64,000 bases of DNA from NCBI GenBank assembly GCA_021324155.1, contig JAJPJQ010000022.1, positions 30,450-94,449 of the forward strand, read 5' to 3'. Of the stretch, positions 22,984-31,061 are shown piece by piece. How positions within the stretch are numbered: position 1 is the first letter of the stretch; every line of letters begins with the position of its first letter. The notes beneath the pieces were generated by a model. The model ran no database searches and had not been told where the DNA came from. It worked only from the letters and a program-made list of their open reading frames with translations. A program made the translations under genes and the position numbers. Origin of the DNA: Pseudomonadota bacterium. GTDB taxonomy: Bacteria; Desulfobacterota; Binatia; UBA9968.

Positions 22984-23795
22984 TTGCGTCGAAGCCTCAC
23001 GGCGTTCGCAGCGCTCGGGGCCGCTCTCGTCGCAGCGGGGCTTTACTTCTGGGCGATTCCGGCCGCCGCCAAAATCGCCGCCGCGCGCGTCCCGGTTTCC
23101 TGGGAGGAGTCGCTCGGAGAGAGCGTCGTCGAACAGCTCGTCCCGCAGGACAGCCGCTGCGACGAGCCGAACGTGAACCGGATCGTTTCCGACCTTACCG
23201 CGCGGCTGTCCGCCGCCGCGTCATCGCCGTACACTTTCCGCGTTGCCGTCGTGCGCGTGCCGGTCGTGAACGCTTTCGCGGCGCCCGGCGGTCATATCGT
23301 CGTCTTTCAGGGCTTGATCGAACAGACGCGCAGGCCCGAAGAGCTCGCCGGCGTCCTCGCGCACGAATTCGAGCATGTCATCCAAAAGCACACAACTCGC
23401 ATGCTCCTACAGAAAACGACCGCCGGCCTTATGATCTCGGCGATGACCGGCGATGTGAGCGGCGCAATCACCTTCGGCGCCAGCGCCGCGCACGCGCTCG
23501 GCACGCTGAGCTACAACAGAGCGATGGAACAGGAGGCGGACGTCGAAGGCATGAAGCTGCTGGCGGCCGCGGGAATCGACCCCGCGGCGATGATCGATTT
23601 TTTCGAAACCTTGAAGACCAAAAGCGGCGAGACGACCGAAGCGCTGGCTATCTCTCCTCGCACCCGGCAACCGCGCAGCGCATTGCGACACTACGGTCGA
23701 TGCGGCTCCGAGTCAAACCTTCCAGGCCCCTTTTATCCTCTAAGAAGTGGGAAGCATTGAAAATGAAGTGCCGCGTGACCGCCCGCAAGCGATAG
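22984..23795 (+). pseudogene. M48-family zinc metallopeptidase, frameshifted near the C-terminus and apparently lacking its N-terminal domain
   Basis: HEFEH zinc motif and NRAMEQEAD. The conserved C-terminal YLSSHPATAQRIATLR is read only after a 1-nt shift at about 23646-23650. The annotated frame instead gives ALAISPRTRQP. Confidence 0.7.
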
Positions 23796-23819
23796 AACGC
23801 GCGCTCCTTTCGTTCGGAA

Positions 23820-23848
23820 TTGAATTGCCCACGCCCCGCTGTTATATT
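23820..23848 (+). promoter_or_regulatory. candidate sigma-70 promoter for moaB-moaD-moaE (TTGAAT-N17-TATATT)
   Basis: Hexamers with a 17-nt spacer, 26 nt upstream of the moaB ATG. Confidence 0.4.
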
Positions 23849-23873
23849 CAATTGGTTTTTCAAGAGATTTTTC

Positions 23874-24380
23874 ATGTCGGTCCACGAGCACAAGGAAAAA
23901 GGCAAGAAGAGCATCGGCTGCTTCGTCCTGACCGTGAGCGATACCCGGGACGAAGCGACGGATACGAGCGGCCAGACGATCAAGAGCCTTCTCTCGGAGC
24001 ACGGCCATCGCCTGGCCGGTTACCGGATCGTGAAAGACGAGCCCGCCGAGATCGAAGCGCTGCTCAAGGAGACGCTCTGGAACAGCGACGTCGAGGCGGT
24101 GATCGTCAACGGCGGCACCGGCATCGCGCCGCGCGACGGCACCTACGAAGTGATCGACCGGCTGCTCGAGAAGCGCCTCGACGGCTTCGGCGAGATTTTC
24201 AGATTCTTGAGCTATCAGGACATCGGCTCGGCGGCGATGATGAGCCGCGCCGTCGCCGGAGCGTCGAAAGGCAAGGTGCTGATCTCGCTGCCCGGCTCGC
24301 GCGGCGCCGTCGAGCTCGGCATGAAGAAGCTCATCCTGCCCGAGCTCGGCCACATGGTGACGCAGCTCAAGGGTCAATGA
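23874..24380 (+). CDS. moaB: molybdenum cofactor biosynthesis protein B
   Basis: MoCF_biosynth fold with TVSDTRDEATDTSG and NGGTGIAPRD. 168 aa from the ATG at 23874. Confidence 0.85.
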   Translation: MSVHEHKEKGKKSIGCFVLTVSDTRDEATDTSGQTIKSLLSEHGHRLAGYRIVKDEPAEIEALLKETLWNSDVEAVIVNGGTGIAPRDGTYEVIDRLLEKRLDGFGEIFRFLSYQDIGSAAMMSRAVAGASKGKVLISLPGSRGAVELGMKKLILPELGHMVTQLKGQ

Positions 24381-24622
24381 AAGTGACCGTGAAATTCTTC
24401 GCGATACTCCGAGAGCGCGTCGGCGCCGCGGAGATTACCAAAGAGCTCAGCGACGGCAGCACCGTCGCCGACCTCTGGCGCGCGCTCAAGGAAGAGTATC
24501 CGAAGCTCGCGCCGATCGAGACGCGCCTGCTCTACGCCGTCAACCAGAATTACGTCAAGCCCGATCACGCCCTCAAAGACCGGGACGAAGTCGTCTTCAT
24601 TCCACCCGTCAGCGGAGGGTGA
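24377..24622 (+). CDS. moaD: molybdopterin synthase sulfur carrier subunit
   Basis: 81 aa, ThiS/MoaD-like, ending in FIPPVSGG (C-terminal Gly-Gly). ATGA overlap with moaB. Confidence 0.88.
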   Translation: MKVTVKFFAILRERVGAAEITKELSDGSTVADLWRALKEEYPKLAPIETRLLYAVNQNYVKPDHALKDRDEVVFIPPVSGG

Positions 24623-24623
24623 C

Positions 24624-25076
24624 ATGTTCCGCGTCGTCCGAACACCGCTCGATATTCACGAATTAGTCCGGTACGTCACCGAAGCGTCGGCCGGCGCGAT
24701 CACGACCTTCATCGGCACGACGCGCAACAACAACGAAGGACGCAAGGTCATCGCGCTCGATTATGACGCCTATCCCGAGATGGCGGAAAAAGAGCTGAGA
24801 CGCATCGGCGACGACGCGAAAAAAAAGTGGAACATCGAGCGCATGGCGATCGTCCACCGCATCGGACCGGTGCAGATCGCCGAGGCGAGCGTGATGATCG
24901 CCGTCTCGGCCGCGCACCGCGACGATGCCTTTCAAGCCTGCCGCTTCGCGATCGAGGAGATCAAAAAGACCGTGCCGATCTGGAAGAAAGAGGTCTTCGA
25001 GGGTGGGGAAGTATGGATCGGCACGCAGACCGGCCAGCCGCTTTCGGAGGCAGACCTGCGGCAGCGCTCCAGCTAG
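24624..25076 (+). CDS. moaE: molybdopterin synthase catalytic subunit
   Basis: 150 aa with GAITTFIGTTRN, VHRIG, PIWKKE motifs. Confidence 0.9.
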   Translation: MFRVVRTPLDIHELVRYVTEASAGAITTFIGTTRNNNEGRKVIALDYDAYPEMAEKELRRIGDDAKKKWNIERMAIVHRIGPVQIAEASVMIAVSAAHRDDAFQACRFAIEEIKKTVPIWKKEVFEGGEVWIGTQTGQPLSEADLRQRSS

Positions 25077-25804
25077 CCTTCGGTTCGAAGGATCGACCCC
25101 GCCGGCATCGCGCTCAGAAGCTTCTCGAAAGCTAATTCCAGATACCCGGGGTCTTTCGATTCGAGCGTCAGCTTAACGCGATAGTCGGGATTGTCGATCA
25201 CGGGATACGAGCCCAGCATCAGGTCGGGGAATCGGACGAGCAGGTCGTTCAGGATCGACGCAACGACGCCTTCCCCTTCGCGCGAGTAAATCACCTTTAA
25301 ATAATACGGCGCCTCGCGGAAGAGCTCGCGGATCGCGCTGAAGCGGTCCTGCAGCACCTTCGGGATGCCGGCGAAGATGTAGACGTTGCGCATCTTCGGC
25401 ACCGGCCCGTATATCGACCAATCGCCGATGAGCTCCGCGCCTTCGGGCACCTCCGCCATACGGAGCCGAGCCTCGTTGATGTTCGCGCCGTGCCGCTCGC
25501 GCAGCCGCCGCTCGAGATCGGGGTGGCGCACGACCTTGACGCCGAAGCCGCACGCGACGCCGGCCATCGTGACGTCGTCGTGCGTCGGCCCGACGCCGCC
25601 GGTGGTAAAGACGAAGTCGAAGTCGCGCGAGAAAGCCGCCACCTCGCGGCCGATCAGCTCGATCTCGTCGGGAATGACGACCACGCGGCGCAAATCGACG
25701 CCGAGCGTCCGCAGCTCTTTGGAAAGATAATGCGAGTTGGTGTCTTGCGTCTTGCCGGAGAGGACCTCGTTGCCGATGATGATGATGCCGGCGGTCTTCG
25801 CCAT
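25073..25804 (-). CDS. molybdopterin-binding (MoCF_biosynth / CinA N-terminal-like) domain protein
   Basis: IIIIGNEVLSGKTQDTNSHYLSKEL ... TTGGVGPTHDD. 243 aa. Convergent 4-nt overlap with moaE. Confidence 0.75.
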   Translation of the reverse strand: MAKTAGIIIIGNEVLSGKTQDTNSHYLSKELRTLGVDLRRVVVIPDEIELIGREVAAFSRDFDFVFTTGGVGPTHDDVTMAGVACGFGVKVVRHPDLERRLRERHGANINEARLRMAEVPEGAELIGDWSIYGPVPKMRNVYIFAGIPKVLQDRFSAIRELFREAPYYLKVIYSREGEGVVASILNDLLVRFPDLMLGSYPVIDNPDYRVKLTLESKDPGYLELAFEKLLSAMPAGSILRTEG

Positions 25805-25853
25805 GACAACCGATTTTATACGAAAATCCCGTTTATGCCAGTCGTCAAAACGC

Positions 25854-26006
25854 CTACAGGTCGAATTCGCTGCAGCTCATGAAGAAATGGCATTTCGGGT
25901 CCGAACACACGAACCGGCATTTGCGGTTGATGAGCTTCGCGCCGCAGACGGGGCAAAACTCCCACCATTCCTCGTGCTTTTCTTTCGGCGGCTCGGTCTC
26001 GGCCAT
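25854..26006 (-). CDS. mini zinc-ribbon protein (50 aa)
   Basis: ATG at 26006 preceded by an AAGGAG RBS. CPVC ... CRFVCSDPKC. Paralogous motif to the ORF at 1996-2181. Confidence 0.55.
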   Translation of the reverse strand: MAETEPPKEKHEEWWEFCPVCGAKLINRKCRFVCSDPKCHFFMSCSEFDL

Positions 26007-26097
26007 CGCTGCTCCTTGGAGAAGCCGGAAGCGATCAGCTCCCTTGTAAGCGAATTCGCGGTCGTTGACAAGTTTTTTGTCGCCGCGCTCGCCCCGT

Positions 26098-27540
26098 CTA
26101 GAGCAGCGCATCCGTCGTCTCGCGCCGGCACGACGCGCCGGCGCAGCGCTTGAGATCGGCAAGCCGCTTGGACAGCTCGGCGATCAATTCCGGCGAGCTT
26201 GTGCGCGCGAGGTTATGCATCTCGTGCGGGTCCTGGCGGACGTCGTACAGCTCCTTCTCACCCGTCGCGTATTCGACGTAAAGATATTCCGTCGATCGCA
26301 GGCCGTCGAACGAAGGCAAATTGCGATGCGACTTCGTGCGGTACTGGACGAAGAAGTCATGGCGCCACGGCGCCGGCGCGCCGGCAAGCAGCGGCTTCAG
26401 CGAGCGGCCGTCGACAAAATCGGGAATCGGGACGCCGGCGAGCTCGGCGAGGGTCGGCGCGAGATCGATATTGAGCGCCATTTCGTTGACGACTTTATGC
26501 GCCGCGACGCCGGGCCCGCGGACGATCAGCGGCACGCGAATGTCCTCCTCATAGGCGGTGCTTTTCCCCTCGCGCAAGCGGTGCTCGCCGAGATGAAAAC
26601 CGTTGTCGGACGTAAAGAGGATGTACGTGTTGTGGAGCCGTCCGTGTTTCTCCAGCTCTTGGACGATTTCCGCGACCATATCGTCGATCGACAGCATGGA
26701 CTGCAACCGCTTGCGGTACATGCGATCGATCTCGCCGATCTCTTCCTGAGTCAGCGGCTTTTTGCGCCGAAGCCATGCCGGCGCGTCGTTGGCGGACGCG
26801 TTGAATGACTCCGGTCTCGGCGCGGTCGCGTTCGGGAAAGCGTTGGCGTATTTCGCCGCAGGCGTTGCCGGCGAGTGCGGCGTCGAAGGCGCGAGATAGA
26901 TGAAAAACGGCTGATTGCGGTTCCGGCTGGCGCGGTCGATGAAGTCGATCGTCTTGGCGGCCAACACGTCGGTTTCATAATCTTTCGGCTTGTCGCCGTA
27001 CGATACCGTGCGTCCGTTCTCGCTCAATGGGTAGTTGTAATAGGCATAGTGATGGCGCAGCAGCGCGTACCATTCGTCCCAGCCGGGCGGCACGTAGGCG
27101 GGGGTGAGCTTGCCGGGATAGCCGTTCAAGTATTTCCCCGCGAGCATCGTGCGGTACCCGGCCGACTTGAGCCAGGTCGCGACGGTGGACCGCTCGTTCG
27201 CCAGCTCGTAAAACTTTTCGAAACCCCCTTCCGGATAAAAGTTGCTGAAGATTTGGTGGTTGTGCGGATACTGCCCGCGCAACAAAGACGAGCGCGACGG
27301 GCAGCAGAGCGAGTAGGTCACGAAATAATTCGCGAAGGTGGTTCCGTGGTCCGCGAGAAGGCTCTTGATCTTCGGCATCAGCTCGACGGATTTGACGTCG
27401 AGATCGTCGGTGAGAATGATAATGAAGCTCGGCTTTTCATTCACCGGATGCGTTGGGCCGGCGGACGTGGCTCCACCGTGCGCGGCAAGCGCGAGCCCCA
27501 TGAGACAGAAAACGATTGCACCGATTGCACGCTTGGTCAT
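26098..27540 (-). CDS. secreted Cys-type sulfatase
   Basis: Signal peptide, IIILTDDLD, formylglycine motif CCPSRSSLLRGQY, FTSDNGFHLGEH. Confidence 0.9.
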   Translation of the reverse strand: MTKRAIGAIVFCLMGLALAAHGGATSAGPTHPVNEKPSFIIILTDDLDVKSVELMPKIKSLLADHGTTFANYFVTYSLCCPSRSSLLRGQYPHNHQIFSNFYPEGGFEKFYELANERSTVATWLKSAGYRTMLAGKYLNGYPGKLTPAYVPPGWDEWYALLRHHYAYYNYPLSENGRTVSYGDKPKDYETDVLAAKTIDFIDRASRNRNQPFFIYLAPSTPHSPATPAAKYANAFPNATAPRPESFNASANDAPAWLRRKKPLTQEEIGEIDRMYRKRLQSMLSIDDMVAEIVQELEKHGRLHNTYILFTSDNGFHLGEHRLREGKSTAYEEDIRVPLIVRGPGVAAHKVVNEMALNIDLAPTLAELAGVPIPDFVDGRSLKPLLAGAPAPWRHDFFVQYRTKSHRNLPSFDGLRSTEYLYVEYATGEKELYDVRQDPHEMHNLARTSSPELIAELSKRLADLKRCAGASCRRETTDALL

Positions 27541-27638
27541 CGAAAGACTCCTCGTCGCGGAACGCGTTCAGTATAACATGCCGGTACAAGCGCTAAAGCG
27601 CGCGGCCCTTCGTGTAGACTTCGGCGATAGCCCGTAAT

Positions 27639-28631
27639 ATGATCACTGTTTGTATGTCGGCGCCGCTGGTCCGCATCGATGGCTTGAAGAAATCCTTCGG
27701 CGACGTCGTCGCGCTCGCCGGCATTTCGCTTCAAGCCCACGCCGGGAAGATCTTCGGACTTCTGGGGCCTAATGGCGCGGGCAAAAGCACGACGGTAAAG
27801 ATTCTCGCGGGGTTGATCGTCGCCGACAGCGGGAGCGTGGAAATCGCCGGGCGCGATGTCTTCAAAGAGCCCGCGGCCGCGCGCGCCGCAATCGGATACG
27901 TACCGCAGGAAGTCACCGTCGACCCCTATCTAACGGCGCGCGAGCATCTCGATTTCTACGCGTCGCTCTATCATCTGCCCGAAACAGTGCGCGAGACGAG
28001 AATCCGGGAGGCGCTGGCGCTCGTCGGACTCGTGGGTCAGGAGCAGCGCCGCGCGCGCCGGCTCTCCGGCGGGACGAAGAAAAAACTCGATCTCGCCTGC
28101 GGTCTGCTGCACCGGCCGCCGGTGATCCTGCTGGACGAGCCGTCGCTCGGGCTCGACGTTCAGGTGCGGCACGATGTCTGGAATCATGTTCTGGAGCTGA
28201 AACGGCAGGGCGCGGCGATCTTTCTCTGCACGAATTACATGGACGAGGCCGAGCGGCTGTGCGATGAGATCGCGATCATCGACCGCGGCGGTATCGTCGC
28301 CGAAGGGGCGCCTGAAGAACTGAAAGGACGGCTCAATCGCGACATCGTCGCGGTCGAAGTCGCGGGCTCGAACCATCACCACGCGGACTCGGCCGCCGCT
28401 CTCGAGCGGGCTTTGGCCGATCTGCCCGTCGTACGCGAGGCGCGGCGCGAAGGCACGCGCCTAAAGGTCTACGTGGAGGGGCGCGAGACGGCGCTGCCGC
28501 TGATCGTCGAGACGGCGGCGCGCGCCGGGATTTCCGTTCAATCGATCACCTACAGCCGGCCGGGTCTCGACGAAGTCTTTCTGCATTACGCCGGCCGCGC
28601 GTTTTCGGAAGGGGCGACGAACGGTGCGTAA
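27639..28631 (+). CDS. ABC transporter ATP-binding protein (ABC-2/DrrA-like exporter)
   Basis: Walker A GPNGAGKST, signature LSGGTKKKL, Walker B ILLDEP, plus a C-terminal accessory domain. An alternative start at 27654 is possible. Confidence 0.88.
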   Translation: MITVCMSAPLVRIDGLKKSFGDVVALAGISLQAHAGKIFGLLGPNGAGKSTTVKILAGLIVADSGSVEIAGRDVFKEPAAARAAIGYVPQEVTVDPYLTAREHLDFYASLYHLPETVRETRIREALALVGLVGQEQRRARRLSGGTKKKLDLACGLLHRPPVILLDEPSLGLDVQVRHDVWNHVLELKRQGAAIFLCTNYMDEAERLCDEIAIIDRGGIVAEGAPEELKGRLNRDIVAVEVAGSNHHHADSAAALERALADLPVVREARREGTRLKVYVEGRETALPLIVETAARAGISVQSITYSRPGLDEVFLHYAGRAFSEGATNGA

Positions 28632-29388
28632 ATTCGTCGAAGAAACGCACGCGCAATTCACGCGCTGGATGCTGCATTTGCGTCGTGAGCCGTTCAGTCT
28701 CGCGTTCAATCTGCTGAATCCGGTCATTCTCCTCGTCTTCATGGGAAGCGCTTTTCAGGGTATGGCGCGCAGCTCCCTTGGCAGCGACTACCGCGGCTAT
28801 CTGCTGCCCGGTATTCTCGCGCTCACCGCTTTCGGCAATAGCATGGCGGGAGGCATCCCGCTGCTGTTCGACCGCGAAAACGGCTCGCTGATGCGCCTGA
28901 TGAGCGCGCCGATCTCGCGCGCTTCCATCATCCTCAGCCGGTTTTTGGCGGTCAACGTGAGCACGATGCTGCAGTCGCTGCTCATTCTCGTGCTCGGAAT
29001 CGCCTTCGGCGTCCGGATCGCGACCGGCATCGGCGGCGTCTTGGCGCTCCTCGGCGTCGGCCTGCTGCTCGGCTTCGGCATCACGGCGATTTCGCTGATG
29101 CTCGCCTTTCGCTTCGAAAATCACGGCGATTTTTTCGCCGTGATCGGGCTTACGTCGCTGCCGTTGACGTTTCTCTCCAGCGCCTTCGTGCCGATCGAAA
29201 GCCTGCCCGCCTGGATGCGGGCGGTCGCGCTCATCAACCCGATGACTTACGCCATCGATGCGATGCGCGCGCTGATTCTCACCGGATGGAATCCGCAAGC
29301 GCTCGGCACCATGGCGGCGGTCCTGGTCCTCTTCGACGCCGCCATGCTATGGCTCGGCTCGCGCGTGATCGGACGTCACCTCGCATGA
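28624..29388 (+). CDS. ABC-2 type transporter permease
   Basis: Six predicted TM segments and a typical ABC-2 membrane layout. GTG start overlapping the ATPase stop. Confidence 0.85.
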   Translation: MRKFVEETHAQFTRWMLHLRREPFSLAFNLLNPVILLVFMGSAFQGMARSSLGSDYRGYLLPGILALTAFGNSMAGGIPLLFDRENGSLMRLMSAPISRASIILSRFLAVNVSTMLQSLLILVLGIAFGVRIATGIGGVLALLGVGLLLGFGITAISLMLAFRFENHGDFFAVIGLTSLPLTFLSSAFVPIESLPAWMRAVALINPMTYAIDAMRALILTGWNPQALGTMAAVLVLFDAAMLWLGSRVIGRHLA

Positions 29389-29606
29389 CACTCACACCGG
29401 AAGAGAGAGAAGAGCGATTGGCCGAACTGAGGGAGCGCCGCCGCCGCGACCGTTGGCGCGCGCTGCTGGGGCCCTTTATCACGCTGTCTCTGTTCCTGAT
29501 CGCCATCTCTTTTTGCATGTACCTCATCAAAAGCTGTCAGGAGCGCACCGGAGTCCAGCCGCGCATGCCGATCCAGAAAGAGCCGGTGCCGCCGCAGCCG
29601 AAATAA
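29385..29606 (+). CDS. small single-pass membrane protein with Arg/Glu-rich N-terminus
   Basis: ATGA overlap with the permease stop. 73 aa, EEREERLAELRERRRRDRWR followed by one TM helix (LLGPFITLSLFLIAISFCMYLI). Confidence 0.45.
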   Translation: MTLTPEEREERLAELRERRRRDRWRALLGPFITLSLFLIAISFCMYLIKSCQERTGVQPRMPIQKEPVPPQPK

Positions 29607-29614
29607 AAACCCTC

Positions 29615-29643
29615 TTTGCAGGAACGCACTCCTAAGTTATAAT
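29615..29643 (+). promoter_or_regulatory. candidate sigma-70 promoter for glmU-glmS (TTTGCA-N17-TATAAT)
   Basis: Consensus -10 with a 17-nt spacer, 24 nt upstream of the glmU ATG. Confidence 0.45.
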
Positions 29644-29666
29644 TCGCTGTTCGCAGTCCGAACGGT

Positions 29667-31061
29667 ATGCAGGATTTTGCAGTCATTTTGCTCGCTGCGG
29701 GATTAGGAAAGCGGATGAACTCGGCGCTGCCGAAGGTTCTTCACCCGCTCGGCGGCAAGCCCCTTGTCGCGCATGCGCTCAAAACTGCCCAAAGCGTCAC
29801 TCCGCGGACCGTTGCGGTCGTTATCGGCCACGGCGCCGAAGCTGTGCGCGCGGCGTGTAACGGCGCCTCGGTCGCGTGGGTCACGCAAAAAGAGCAGCTC
29901 GGAACGGGTCATGCCGTCAACTGCGCGAAGGATGTGTTTCGGAATTTCGCCGGCACGATCGTTATTTTGAACGGCGATGTCCCGCTGATTACGCCGCAAA
30001 CGCTCCGCCGGCTGCTCGACTCGCATCGCGAGCAGCATGCGGCGCTGACGTTTGTCACCGCGCGGCTTGCCGATCCGAGAGGTTACGGCCGCGTCGTGCG
30101 CGACAGCGGCGGCCGCGTGCTTCGCGTCGTCGAAGAGCGCGACGCGAGCGCCGAGGAAAAGAAAATCGACGAGACCAATGCCGGCATTTATGCCGTGGAC
30201 GCGGATTTTCTTTTTTCCGCGCTCGCCACGGTGACGAATGAGAACCGGCAAAACGAATACTACCTGACCGACATCGTCGCCGCGGCTTTACGCGCCGGCA
30301 AGACCGTCGCGGCGTTCGAGGCGCACGACACGCGGGAAATCCTGGGCATCAATTCGAGAGAGGAGCTTGCGGCCATGGAGAAGGTCCTGCAAGAACGCAT
30401 TAATCGCAAATGGATGGAAGCGGGCGTCACGCTGAAAGACCCGCAAACGACCTATATCGACGACAGCGCGCGCATCGGACGGGACACGACCATCGGCCCT
30501 AACACACAAATCCTCGGAGACACGGTCATCGGCGAGCGGTGCCGCATCGACGGCTCGGCCTATGTATCCAACATGCGGATCGGGAACGAGGTCCACCTGA
30601 AATTCTCGGTCGTGCTCAACGACTCGGAAATCGGCGACGGCGCGATCCTCGGTCCTTTCGCGCACCTGCGGCCCGGCACCCGCCTCGGGCGCAACGTGCA
30701 CATCGGGAACTTCGTCGAGGCGAAAGCGGCGACGCTCGGCGACGGCACGAAAGCGAACCACCTGACATACCTGGGCGACGTCACCGTCGGCCGCGAAACC
30801 AACATTGGCGCCGGCACGATCACGTGCAACTACGACGGCTTCAAAAAATATCGCACGACCATCGGCGACCGCGTGCAGGTGGGCAGCGATACCACGCTTG
30901 TCGCGCCGGTCGCGATCGGCGACGACGCTTACATCGCTACGGCGACGACCGTGCGCCGCGATACTCCTGCGGGCGCGCTCGTGTATAACGAAAGGGTCGA
31001 GAGGATCAAGCCCGGCTGGACCGAGCAAAAGCGGAAAAAAATGACCGAGGGTAAACCCTGA
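29667..31061 (+). CDS. glmU: bifunctional UDP-GlcNAc pyrophosphorylase / GlcN-1-P acetyltransferase
   Basis: LAAGLGKRMNS nucleotidyltransferase motif and C-terminal left-handed beta-helix hexapeptide repeats. 464 aa. Confidence 0.95.
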   Translation: MQDFAVILLAAGLGKRMNSALPKVLHPLGGKPLVAHALKTAQSVTPRTVAVVIGHGAEAVRAACNGASVAWVTQKEQLGTGHAVNCAKDVFRNFAGTIVILNGDVPLITPQTLRRLLDSHREQHAALTFVTARLADPRGYGRVVRDSGGRVLRVVEERDASAEEKKIDETNAGIYAVDADFLFSALATVTNENRQNEYYLTDIVAAALRAGKTVAAFEAHDTREILGINSREELAAMEKVLQERINRKWMEAGVTLKDPQTTYIDDSARIGRDTTIGPNTQILGDTVIGERCRIDGSAYVSNMRIGNEVHLKFSVVLNDSEIGDGAILGPFAHLRPGTRLGRNVHIGNFVEAKAATLGDGTKANHLTYLGDVTVGRETNIGAGTITCNYDGFKKYRTTIGDRVQVGSDTTLVAPVAIGDDAYIATATTVRRDTPAGALVYNERVERIKPGWTEQKRKKMTEGKP

